A stretch of DNA of 64,000 nt, taken from Gemmatimonadota bacterium. GTDB lineage: Bacteria > Gemmatimonadota > Gemmatimonadetes > Gemmatimonadales > GWC2-71-9. The notes beneath the pieces were generated by a model. That model saw only the letters and a list, made by a program, of their open reading frames with translations. It was not told where the DNA came from and did not search any database. The stretch's first letter is position 1, and the number at the start of each line of letters is the position of its first letter. The DNA lies in assembly GCA_039591655.1 (NCBI GenBank), contig JBDHDE010000002.1, positions 49,078-113,077 of the forward strand, given 5' to 3'. Shown here piece by piece: positions 51,237-59,954 of this stretch. The translations under genes and the position numbers were made by a program.

Positions 51237-52207
51237 TCTATCGCCTCCCGACCGCTTCCTTTGGCCGCCTCCGCGAGCTCCGGCCTCCCTCCCGCCAGCA
51301 GGTAAAGCACCGCCATGCGCACCGCCACGCCGTTGGTGACCTGGTCCAGGATCACACTGTGCGGCCCATCCGCCACACGCGAATCGATCTCCACCCCGCG
51401 GTTCATGGGACCCGGATGCAGGATGAGGAGCTCACGCGGGGCCTGCTCCAGCCGCTCCAACGTCACCCCGAAGACGCGGTAGTACTCGCGCAGTGAGGGG
51501 ATGTAGCCCGCCTTCATGCGCTCCAATTGGAGCCGCAGCACGTTCAGCACGTCGGCCCACTCGATGGCGTCCTCGATCCGGCGGAACACCGTCACCCCGA
51601 GATCCTCGATTCCCCCCGGCATGAGGCTCTGCGGCCCGCACACCGCCACCTCGGCGCCGAGCTTCGTCAGCCCCCAGATGTTGCTGCGAGCCACGCGGCT
51701 GTGCAGGATGTCCCCGCAGATGCAGACCTTGAGCCCCTCGAAGCCCTCCAGCTTGTCCCGAATGGTCAGCATGTCGAGCAACGCCTGGGTGGGGTGCTCA
51801 TGGGTGCCGTCGCCGCCGTTGATCACGTTGGAGCGGATGCGCTCGGCAAGGAACTTGGCCGCTCCCGACGACGGGTGGCGCATCACCACCATGTCGATCC
51901 GCATGGCTTCCAGGTTGCGGGCGGTGTCGACCAGGTTCTCACCCTTCTCCACCGAGGAACCCGCCGCCGCCACGTTCACGGTGTCGGCAGACAGTCGTTT
52001 CTCGGCGAACTCGAAGGAGATGCGGGTTCGGGTGGAGGCTTCGAAGAAGAGGTTGACGATGGTCTTGCCGCGGAGGGCCGGGACCTTCTTGATAGTGCGC
52101 TCACTGACTTCTTTGAAGGGCTCGGCGGTATCGAGGATGAGTTGGATCTGCTCCTTCGTGAGAGGCTCGAGGCCGAGCAGGTCCTTGCCGAGCGATGGAA
52201 CGGTCAC
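51233..52207 (-). CDS. pyrB: aspartate carbamoyltransferase catalytic subunit
   Basis: [31 protein letters not shown]. Confidence 0.96.
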   Translation of the reverse strand: MTVPSLGKDLLGLEPLTKEQIQLILDTAEPFKEVSERTIKKVPALRGKTIVNLFFEASTRTRISFEFAEKRLSADTVNVAAAGSSVEKGENLVDTARNLEAMRIDMVVMRHPSSGAAKFLAERIRSNVINGGDGTHEHPTQALLDMLTIRDKLEGFEGLKVCICGDILHSRVARSNIWGLTKLGAEVAVCGPQSLMPGGIEDLGVTVFRRIEDAIEWADVLNVLRLQLERMKAGYIPSLREYYRVFGVTLERLEQAPRELLILHPGPMNRGVEIDSRVADGPHSVILDQVTNGVAVRMAVLYLLAGGRPELAEAAKGSGREAIE

Positions 52208-52755
52208 GTGTTCCCTCCCTCCACGAGCTCAACGGCATCCCGCCCATCCAACTCCGTGACTAGGACGTCCACCCGATCATGTGTCTGAGAAAACACCTTG
52301 GTGCCGACGATATCCGCCTGAATGGGAAGCTCACGGCCGCCGCGGTCCACCAGCACGCTGAGGCCGATGCGGGCCGGACGACCGAAGTCGGCCAACTGGT
52401 CCAGCGCCGCCCTGATCGTGCGACCGGTGAACAGCACGTCATCCACGATCATGACCCACTTGTGGTCCAGATCCACCGGCAGCCGGGTCTCCCCCACCAC
52501 CGGACGCGGGCCGATCGTCTGGAGGTCGTCGCGGTACAGCGTAATATCCATGACGCCCAGCGGCACGTTGTGGCCCTCCGCCTGGGCGATCAGCTCCGCG
52601 AGCCGCTGGGCCAGGTCCGAGCCGCGGCGTTGGATCCCCACCAGCACGAGATGATCCGTGCCGCCGGCGAACTCGACTATCTCATGGGACATCCGCTCCA
52701 GCGCCTGGGTGACGCCGGAGTCGTCGAGGAGGATTCTACGTTCAGAGGGCGTCAT
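52204..52755 (-). CDS. pyrR: bifunctional pyr regulator / uracil phosphoribosyltransferase
   Basis: [31 protein letters not shown]. Confidence 0.95.
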   Translation of the reverse strand: MTPSERRILLDDSGVTQALERMSHEIVEFAGGTDHLVLVGIQRRGSDLAQRLAELIAQAEGHNVPLGVMDITLYRDDLQTIGPRPVVGETRLPVDLDHKWVMIVDDVLFTGRTIRAALDQLADFGRPARIGLSVLVDRGGRELPIQADIVGTKVFSQTHDRVDVLVTELDGRDAVELVEGGNT

Positions 52756-52766
52756 AGCTCGCCCGC

Positions 52767-52795
52767 AAGTTAGACGGGGCGGCGGAGAGCGTCAA
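52767..52795 (-). promoter_or_regulatory. sigma70-type promoter immediately upstream of pyrR
   Basis: TTGACG-N17-TAACTT, with 11 nt between the -10 box and the ATG. Confidence 0.55.
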
Positions 52796-52826
52796 CGCAG
52801 GGCAGATGGGCGTGGCCCACCCACAC

Positions 52827-53774
52827 CTACGGCGCCGGAGGTCGAGGCACTGGGGTGATGGGCGGCTCTCCTTCAAGCACCGCGCGCACGTTCCGAACGG
52901 CGAGCTCCGCCATGGCCTGGCGGGTGCGAGTCGTGGCGCTCCCGAGGTGTGGCAGCGCCACGACGCGAGGGTGCGCAACCAACCCGTCTGGGACGCGGGG
53001 CTCTTGCGCGAAGACATCCAGGCCGGCCCCCCCAAGGTGCCCCCGCTCGAGGGCGTCGAGCAGGGCCTCCTCGTCCACCAGCTCGCCCCGCGCCGTGTTG
53101 ATGAACAGCGCTCCGGCACGCATCCGGGAGAACTCTTTGCGTCCGAACATCCGGCGGGTCTGTGAGGACGAGGGGACGTGCAGGCTCACGACATCGCTCC
53201 GGTCCAGGAGCTCGGCCAGGGCCACTTGCTCGGCGCCGGTCTCCTGCTCCAGCTCCGGCCGGGGAGCTGGGTCGGCATAGATGATCCTCATGCCGAAACC
53301 CACGGCCCGTCGCGCCACCGCCTGGCCGATGCGTCCCGCCCCGACCACCCCCAGCACGGCACCACTCAGTTCGAGTCCGAGTAGCTGTGTGGGGTGCCAC
53401 CCTTCCCACCGCCCTTCGGCCAGGAGGTCCTGACCTTCCTTGAGGCGCCGAGCCACTGCCAGAATGAGTGTCCACGCGAGGTCAGCGGTGGCCTCGGTGA
53501 GCACATCGGGCGTGTTGGTCACGACGACACCGTGCTGGGCGGCGGCCTCCAGATCGATGTTGTCGTAGCCCACAGCGCAGTTGGCCACGATGCGGAGATC
53601 GGGGAGCGCCTTGAGCTCCGCCTCGCCGATGCGACGCGAGAGCAGCGGAATGATGGCCACGTGGCTGCCTGCCGGCGTGGCGGTGGCGCTGGGTAGCCAG
53701 TTGACCGTGTAGCCGGGAACCGGATTCCGCGGCAGCAGGTCCACCAACTCGGCCGCGATGAGGACGATGGACAT
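52827..53774 (-). CDS. D-2-hydroxyacid dehydrogenase (glyoxylate/hydroxypyruvate reductase-like)
   Basis: VGYDNID, TNTPDVLT, GAGRIG, INTARG, DVFAQEP, PHLGSAT. Confidence 0.92.
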   Translation of the reverse strand: MSIVLIAAELVDLLPRNPVPGYTVNWLPSATATPAGSHVAIIPLLSRRIGEAELKALPDLRIVANCAVGYDNIDLEAAAQHGVVVTNTPDVLTEATADLAWTLILAVARRLKEGQDLLAEGRWEGWHPTQLLGLELSGAVLGVVGAGRIGQAVARRAVGFGMRIIYADPAPRPELEQETGAEQVALAELLDRSDVVSLHVPSSSQTRRMFGRKEFSRMRAGALFINTARGELVDEEALLDALERGHLGGAGLDVFAQEPRVPDGLVAHPRVVALPHLGSATTRTRQAMAELAVRNVRAVLEGEPPITPVPRPPAP

Positions 53775-53871
53775 GGGTTGATCCGGGCTGGAAACTAGCC
53801 CATCGGCCACCTATTATGCACCGGCACGCCCCGAATGGGCTCGGCACGAAGCAGCGGGGCGACACGCACCG

Positions 53872-53958
53872 GGAGAGGTGTCCGAGTGGTTGAAGGAGCC
53901 GGTCTCGAAAACCGGTAGGCCCTTGCGGGCCTCGTGGGTTCGAATCCCACCCTCTCCG
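53872..53958 (+). tRNA. tRNA-Ser (anticodon CGA)
   Basis: Acceptor stem GGAGAGG/CCTCTCC, anticodon arm CCGGT-CTCGAAA-ACCGG, long variable arm, GTTCGAATC T-loop, discriminator G; CCA not encoded. Confidence 0.95.
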
Positions 53959-53995
53959 TAGCCAGGCGAGTCCACTCTCTATCCGCGACACCGCC

Positions 53996-54706
53996 ATGGA
54001 ACAGTCCGCCTATCCCTCCAGCCCCAGGTGGCTACCCAGGCGCCTGCGACGCTACTTCGGGAGCTTCTCTTTTCTCCTGATCGCGCTGGTTGCACTCCTG
54101 CTGTTGCATCCGCTGCTGGCGGAGTCGACCCTGGAGCGGGAGTCCATCGGAGCCGGCTTCACCTTGATCTTCCTCGCCGGGCTGTATGCGGTGAAGGGAG
54201 AACGGCGGACGTTGATCACGGGACTCGCCCTCGTGATCCCGGCAATCGCGGGAAGCTGGGTCAGCCTCTTCTTCGAGAGCCCGCTGCTGTATGCCGTGAG
54301 CCGGGCGCTGGAAGCCGTCTTCCTCCTGTACGTCACCGGCATCATCCTGCGTCACGTCATGACCGAGGACGACATCACGAACGACACCGTCTACGGCGCC
54401 GCCTGCGCGTATCTCCTCATCGGCCTAGTGTTCGCGGTGGTCTACTCCTGGCTGGAGTTCACGCAGCCGGGATCCTTCAGTGGCATCACCGTCGGGGGAG
54501 CGGGAGGTACCACGCAGCAACCCATCTGGCAGTTCACCTACTTCTCGCTGGTGACCATCACCACCCTGGGCTACGGCGACATCACGCCGCTGAGCGGTAC
54601 CAGTCGCTCCCTGGCAACGCTCGAGGCATTAGCCGGACAGTTCTACGTTGCGGTTCTCGTCGCCAGGATTGTGGCGATCCTCACGTACAAGCGCATGCGT
54701 TCCTGA
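53996..54706 (+). CDS. potassium channel family protein
   Basis: YFSLVTITTLGYGDI selectivity filter; several TM segments. Confidence 0.9.
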   Translation: MEQSAYPSSPRWLPRRLRRYFGSFSFLLIALVALLLLHPLLAESTLERESIGAGFTLIFLAGLYAVKGERRTLITGLALVIPAIAGSWVSLFFESPLLYAVSRALEAVFLLYVTGIILRHVMTEDDITNDTVYGAACAYLLIGLVFAVVYSWLEFTQPGSFSGITVGGAGGTTQQPIWQFTYFSLVTITTLGYGDITPLSGTSRSLATLEALAGQFYVAVLVARIVAILTYKRMRS

Positions 54707-54754
54707 CGATTCCCTCGCCCATGGCGCCGCAGCCAGCCGCGCCTGGGAGCCGCC

Positions 54755-55378
54755 TTACGGGAACGTCACGCCCAGCGTGAAGATCAGCAGGGTATTCGAG
54801 GTACCGAACAGCTCCTGGAAGAGAAAGTCCGCGTTCGGCGTGATGGAGACGGTCCGGCCCAGCGGGATGTCCCAGCCCACGCCGAAGGTGACGCCTAACC
54901 CCGTCTCCCACGTGCTCTGCGACCCGCCGGCGGTGATGAGCTCGGCGCCCGCGACCCCGACCCCGAGCTTGGCAAAGAAGCCCATGTCCAGCTTCGGGAA
55001 GTACAACCCCGTCAAGGTGACGTTGCCCCGTGAGAGGAAGATGTCGCTGGTCTCCTCCCGTCCCCACCACTCCGCCTCGCCTCCCACCAGCAACTGGGGA
55101 CCGAGCGTTCCGCCGGCGCGGATGTATCCGCCGAAGCCCGCCGCTGCCTTGTCATCGATATTCTTGGTGAGGTTCCACCCGCCGCCGAGCCCCAGGCTGA
55201 ACCACACACCCTGCCGCCGGTGCGGCTCCTGTGCCTGGGCCGGCGTCGCGGCCCCAAGCGCGAAGGCCGCCAGCAGGAACAGCGACGCCGCGAGGGTGAG
55301 CCAGCCCAGCGCAGGTCGGGAAGCCGTGTGCCCGCCACCTGCACGCGGCCGGTCCGGGCAGTCGTGGATCAATGCCAT
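54755..55378 (-). CDS. outer-membrane beta-barrel protein (paralog 2)
   Basis: Signal peptide, GVWFSLGLGGG, GWDIP, alternating beta strands, C-terminal LGVTF; start uncertain. Confidence 0.72.
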   Translation of the reverse strand: MALIHDCPDRPRAGGGHTASRPALGWLTLAASLFLLAAFALGAATPAQAQEPHRRQGVWFSLGLGGGWNLTKNIDDKAAAGFGGYIRAGGTLGPQLLVGGEAEWWGREETSDIFLSRGNVTLTGLYFPKLDMGFFAKLGVGVAGAELITAGGSQSTWETGLGVTFGVGWDIPLGRTVSITPNADFLFQELFGTSNTLLIFTLGVTFP

Positions 55379-55962
55379 GTCGCGCCCACAGTCAGAAGGA
55401 TGGACCACAACTTGACGTCGTCAGCCGAGTCCGGGATATCCACCTTCTGGTACAAAAAGTCGACGTTGGGGGTGAGGTAGAAGTTCCTTGCGATCCGCAC
55501 GTCCCACCCGATCCCTGCCGTCGCGCCAATGCCGTACTCCTTCTCCGCCGGTGGGATCAGGCCAGGCACATCGGTGTCTCCCACGACGTCCGCGATGGCC
55601 AGCCCCGCCCCGAGCTTCACGTAGCCACCGAGGGGATAGAACGGATAGATGAGGATGCTGGCAGTGACGTTGGTTGCCGAGATCCACTCGTGTTGCCCGT
55701 TCTTGCTCACCCAGAACGCTGCGTCACCGCCGACGAGAAACCGCTGCGATAGCGTGCCGCCGCCCCTGATGAAGCCGGCGCCGCCGCTCCGGGTCGTGTC
55801 CGGCGTGTCGGTGTGGCTCCACCCACCACCCAGGCCAACACCGAACCACCATCCGTTGTGCTTGTTCTCCCCACCCGTCTGCTGCGCCACAGCAGGCCCG
55901 GCCAGGCACGTCAGGACCGCCGCGGTCACCGTGGCGGACAGAAGAACCCTGCGCATCACCAC
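55369..55962 (-). CDS. outer-membrane beta-barrel protein (paralog 1)
   Basis: Signal peptide, GWWFGVGLGGG, GWDVR, C-terminal VGATWH; AGGAGG SD. Confidence 0.75.
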   Translation of the reverse strand: MVMRRVLLSATVTAAVLTCLAGPAVAQQTGGENKHNGWWFGVGLGGGWSHTDTPDTTRSGGAGFIRGGGTLSQRFLVGGDAAFWVSKNGQHEWISATNVTASILIYPFYPLGGYVKLGAGLAIADVVGDTDVPGLIPPAEKEYGIGATAGIGWDVRIARNFYLTPNVDFLYQKVDIPDSADDVKLWSILLTVGATWH

Positions 55963-56156
55963 CTCCTGATCTGGATTGGCACCAGCCCGCTCCTGACGGC
56001 GCGCCGACCTGCGGGGTCACAATAACACCCTGCACCCCGGCCAACGTTTGCGCACCCCCGCACCGGTGGATTAGCATAACGCGCATCTCGTACGTCCGCC
56101 ACCGGCGGACCGGCACCCCGTGGAACCGACACACGCCGTCTTCAGGGAGTCCGTGA

Positions 56157-57083
56157 ATGGGAGTGATGCGCACCCTCCTCCTCAAGGCATCGGAGAGCGC
56201 GTGGCTGGCCGACCGCGTCCGCCACCGCCGGTTTGCCCAGCGAGCCGTGAGGCGCTTCCTGCCCGGCGAGGATCTCGCAGCCGCTTTGGCGGCGGCCCAG
56301 CAGCTCGGCGAGCACCGCGTTCCCACACTCATCACTCTCCTCGGTGAGGCGATCACCGAGCGGCGCGCTGCAGAGGACGTCACCGCCCAGTACATCGATG
56401 CGCTGGAGCGCGTGGCTCGGCGCTCCCTCACCACACAGCTCTCCGTCAAGCTCACCCAGCTCGGCCTGGACATCGACCGGGACCTCTGTGCTGAACAGCT
56501 CGCCGTCCTCGCAGGGCGCGCGGCCGAGCTCGGCAACTTCGTGTGCATCGACATGGAGGGCTCGGCGTTCACCGACGCCACGCTGGACATCTACCGACGT
56601 CTCCGGCCGGGGCATCCCAGCTTGGGCATCTGCCTCCAGGCTTACCTCTACCGGACCGCCGCCGACCTGGAGGAGCTCCTGCCACTGGCGCCGACGATTC
56701 GCCTGGTGAAGGGCGCGTACAACGAGCCGCCCGAGATCGCGTATCCCGCCAAGCACGACGTCGACGCCAACTACTTCCGGCTCGCCAAGCGTCTCCTGGC
56801 CGACGATGCGCGGCGCGGCGCCGTCCCGGCCTTCGGGACGCATGACCTGCGACTAATCACACGTATCCGGGACTTTGCGGAGGGAGCGGACATCCCGGCT
56901 GACGCCTACGAGATCCAGATGCTCTACGGGATCCGGCAGGACGCACTGCGCCGGCTGGCCGCCGAGGGATGCGGCGTGCGCACCCTGATCAGCTACGGTA
57001 CCGCCTGGTTCCCCTGGTACATGCGGCGGCTGGCGGAGCGCCCCGCGAACCTCTGGTTCGTGGTGCGCTCGGCGTTCGGGTAG
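56157..57083 (+). CDS. monofunctional proline dehydrogenase
   Basis: SVKLTQLG, IDME, QAYLYR, RLVKGAYNE, GTHD, QMLYG, WYMRRLAERP. Confidence 0.93.
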   Translation: MGVMRTLLLKASESAWLADRVRHRRFAQRAVRRFLPGEDLAAALAAAQQLGEHRVPTLITLLGEAITERRAAEDVTAQYIDALERVARRSLTTQLSVKLTQLGLDIDRDLCAEQLAVLAGRAAELGNFVCIDMEGSAFTDATLDIYRRLRPGHPSLGICLQAYLYRTAADLEELLPLAPTIRLVKGAYNEPPEIAYPAKHDVDANYFRLAKRLLADDARRGAVPAFGTHDLRLITRIRDFAEGADIPADAYEIQMLYGIRQDALRRLAAEGCGVRTLISYGTAWFPWYMRRLAERPANLWFVVRSAFG

Positions 57084-57109
57084 CGGCTGGTTGGATTGTC
57101 TTCGAGACG

Positions 57110-58231
57110 TCAGCCGTGGCAGTGCTCCCGGACGGCGTCCGCCAGCTTCCGGCTAGCGCTCTCCAACTCTCCCTGCGCGTAGAGGCTGCTCCCGATTAAG
57201 AACATGGTGTCCGTCCCGTAGCGGTCGATCCAGTACCCCACGCGCTCCGCGTCGACGCCGCCCCCCGGCACCGGCAGCGCCGCCTGCAGGTCGCCCAGCG
57301 GCGCACGCAGCCTGGCGTTGATGGCGCTGCACTGGGCCTCGGTCACCGGGAAGCGGCCTCCGGCATTCACGTAGATGACGCCGTCACCCCCGATCAGCCG
57401 CAGCAGGGTTCCGAACAGCAGTGCCGGCGCGATCCCGTGCCCCTCCTGCCCCAGCGCGCCAGAGAACGTGGGGTGAAGCAGCAGGATCAGACCACTGGTC
57501 TCCGCCAGCCAGCGGACGGTGTCCAGCCCACTGAGGAACGGGCTCAGGAGCACCCCCTGGCAACCGGCCTCTGTGGCGATCTCGACGCGGTGCTCCAGCT
57601 CGCCCACCGGCGCCGTCACGTGGGGGAAGTAGAGCGTGTTGCCACCGGTTCGCTCATTTGCCTCCCGCACGGCGTCCCGACAGCGGCGCACCCGATCGGC
57701 AAACGGAGCCGTGGCCTGATCGGTGACCCCGTGATCGTCCTTCACCACGTCTATGCCGCCCCGGGCAAGCGCGCCGCAGATCTCCGCCAGCTGGGCGGAG
57801 GACAGGCCCACCGGCTTGGCGGACGTGCACAGCAGGGGCCGCCCCTCGGCGTTGCCACACGCCCGCCTTATACCTGGGACGCCGAACCGCGGACCCCCGA
57901 AACGCTGCAGCAGGCTCCCCGGCAACTCGAGATCGACCGCGACCGTTCCCGGGAGCATCGAAACGTTGCCGAACAGCAGGTTCAAGAGCTGGGGTACCTC
58001 CTCCCCCGCCACGTCGGCCGCGAACGACAGGACGACGCGCCACCGACCAGCATCGTCCCGCTCCACGGACTCGACGCGGCCCACGACCCGCTCCTCGATG
58101 CCCGGGGGATAGCAGCCGTCGGGCAACTCCACCGTCTGTTCCAGCGCGATGTGCCGTGCCCTGCCCTCGGGCGTCTCGCCCCGGCTCAGCGTGATGAGAT
58201 AGGTGATGCGGATCCGCTCGCCTTGGGACAT
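57110..58231 (-). CDS. RuBisCO-like protein (form IV, KDDH type)
   Basis: LEQTVE, LFGN, GPRFG, KPVG, VKDDHG, GGRF, PGGG. Confidence 0.9.
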   Translation of the reverse strand: MSQGERIRITYLITLSRGETPEGRARHIALEQTVELPDGCYPPGIEERVVGRVESVERDDAGRWRVVLSFAADVAGEEVPQLLNLLFGNVSMLPGTVAVDLELPGSLLQRFGGPRFGVPGIRRACGNAEGRPLLCTSAKPVGLSSAQLAEICGALARGGIDVVKDDHGVTDQATAPFADRVRRCRDAVREANERTGGNTLYFPHVTAPVGELEHRVEIATEAGCQGVLLSPFLSGLDTVRWLAETSGLILLLHPTFSGALGQEGHGIAPALLFGTLLRLIGGDGVIYVNAGGRFPVTEAQCSAINARLRAPLGDLQAALPVPGGGVDAERVGYWIDRYGTDTMFLIGSSLYAQGELESASRKLADAVREHCHG

Positions 58232-58341
58232 GCGCCGGCTCTCGTCTCAACTGGTCGTGTGGCCCCCCGACCACGCGCTCCCACAATCTACTACTCGGGG
58301 ATTCCGCGGGCGGTAAGGGAGCGACGCAGGCGGGTGGGAGC

Positions 58342-58379
58342 AAGAAAGACCGCCCCGAGAGCCTTGGCTCCCGGGGCGG
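58342..58379 (-). terminator. intrinsic terminator after the Spy/CpxP gene
   Basis: GC hairpin (plus strand CCGCCCCG..GAGCC-TT-GGCTC..CGGGGCGG) followed by TCTTTCTT on the - strand. Confidence 0.65.
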
Positions 58380-58412
58380 CGCCCGCCGTGCCGACTCAAT
58401 CGCTCTCTCGAC

Positions 58413-59041
58413 CTAGCGGCAGGTACCTCCGGGACAAGCGCGCCGCATGCCGAGACCGCCTCGCTGACCGCGGTGGCCGCGCTCCCCCCGCATGCCTCGC
58501 CCGCCCCTGCTCATGCGGCGGCCCTCAACCCAACCCTGGAGCTTCCCCTGCTGCGTCGGCGTGAGCAGGGCCTTTGCCCGGGCCGCCCGGTCCAGCAGAT
58601 CCAGCGGCGTGAGCAGGGCCTTTGCCCGGGCCGCCCGGTCCAGCAGATCCAGCTGGATCCTCTGGTGCGCCTCCATGGTCGCCTGCGCATGGCGCCGGAT
58701 CGCATCCGGGTCCGGCTGATCCGCCTGCCACGCCTCATGCAGCGCCTCCTGGCTGGTCCTGGCCTGCTCCAGCTCCTGCTCGCGCTCTGCCTGCCCCTCG
58801 GCCCCCAATGTCTCGAGCTGCGAGATCTGCTCGTCGGTGAGCCCCAGGAGCTGCCGCTGCGCCGCCAGGAACTGCGGCGCATAGTAGCGCTGGCCGCCTG
58901 CGAGGCCACCGGCCCGGCGCCCCGGGCATGCAGCCGCATGGGCCGGTCTACCGGGGGAGGCGGATCGTCCTGCGCCTGCAGCGTGCCCGCCGCCACGACG
59001 GCGAACAGCGCCGCGCCTATGATTGCGTATCTGGCCTTCAT
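58413..59041 (-). pseudogene. Spy/CpxP-family periplasmic chaperone, frameshifted (or sequencing error)
   Basis: Signal peptide MKARYAIIGAALFAVVAAGTLQA is in one frame; LGLTDEQ...LLTPTQ (LTxxQ motifs) are in another; frame switch near 58910. Confidence 0.75.
58557..58652. repeat. perfect 48-bp direct tandem duplication
   Basis: CGGCGTGAGCAGGGCCTTTGCCCGGGCCGCCCGGTCCAGCAGATCCAG x2; encodes LDLLDRAARAKALLTP twice on the - strand. Confidence 0.95.
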
Positions 59042-59144
59042 GATTTCCAAGCCTCCCGAGTCTACGGCTCTGCTTTCCCGACCCCCCGTCAGTCACCTCT
59101 ATTCCTCTCTTGGTTAGACGCTGCCGGGACTGGTTCGTTAACCA

Positions 59145-59174
59145 GAGAGCCCCCGGGACCGGCCGGGGGCTCTC
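59145..59174. terminator. 12-bp hairpin downstream of ferritin
   Basis: GAGAGCCCCCGG-gaccgg-CCGGGGGCTCTC; weak U-tract. Confidence 0.5.
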
Positions 59175-59207
59175 ATTCCAGATCACGAGACCGGGAGCGT
59201 GGGAGCC

Positions 59208-59711
59208 CTACTCTCCCTCCTCCTCAGGCCGCCTTCCGGCAAGCTGGCGATCCATCATCAACAGCGCCGGCCCACCGTCACCGGCCAGCTCCAGCTGGGC
59301 GATGATGTCGCCCACCGACCGCTCCTCCTCCACCTGCTCGGTGATGAACCACTGCAGCATCAGCTGCGTCGGGTAGTCCTTCTCCTTGTCGGCCAGCTCG
59401 TACAGCCTGTTGATGGAGGCCGTCACCTTCTGCTCGTGGGCGAGTGCGGCCTTCATAACGTCCAAGGGGCTCCCGAAGTCCACTGGCGGCTTGTCGATGG
59501 CCTGCAGCTCGGCCTGCCCGCCCCGCTCCAGCACGAAATCGAACAGGCGCAAAGCGTGGCCCAGCTCTTCCTGGAATTGCATCCGCATCCAGTGCGCGAA
59601 GCCAGGCAGATTCTTGCCGTCGCAGTAAGCCGCCATCGAGAGGTAGAGGTAGGCGGCGTAGAACTCCTTGGCGACCTGGTCGTTGATTCCCGCAACCATT
59701 GCTGTGGACAT
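59208..59711 (-). CDS. ftn: non-heme ferritin
   Basis: INDQ..KEFYAAYLYLSM, QFQEELGHA, HEQKVT, LQWFITEQVEEE; GGGAG SD. Confidence 0.93.
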   Translation of the reverse strand: MSTAMVAGINDQVAKEFYAAYLYLSMAAYCDGKNLPGFAHWMRMQFQEELGHALRLFDFVLERGGQAELQAIDKPPVDFGSPLDVMKAALAHEQKVTASINRLYELADKEKDYPTQLMLQWFITEQVEEERSVGDIIAQLELAGDGGPALLMMDRQLAGRRPEEEGE

Positions 59712-59954
59712 CTGACTCTCCCAGGACTCAGTACGGGTCCGTGACGTGCGTTCGAGGACGGTAAATATACAGCGGCGCGGTGCCGCCATCACGCCGACTC
59801 CGTGGCCCCGAGTGGCGCCGTGGGGCATGTTCTGAATACAATAGTAAGGTGGTCGCCAATGCGGACGGGCGACCGACGGTCGGCGTGTGGGGAGTATGTG
59901 GTGCGTGGTGGGAGCCGGCCACTCCCTTCGACATCGCGAACAGGCCCACGAAGC

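Noticed and set aside
57110..58231. CO2-fixing RuBisCO / Calvin cycle
   Set aside because: KDDH, missing K177-equivalent, altered loop 6; no cbbS or prk nearby
58557..58652. CRISPR-like repeat
   Set aside because: Two adjacent copies with no spacer, inside a coding region, no cas genes
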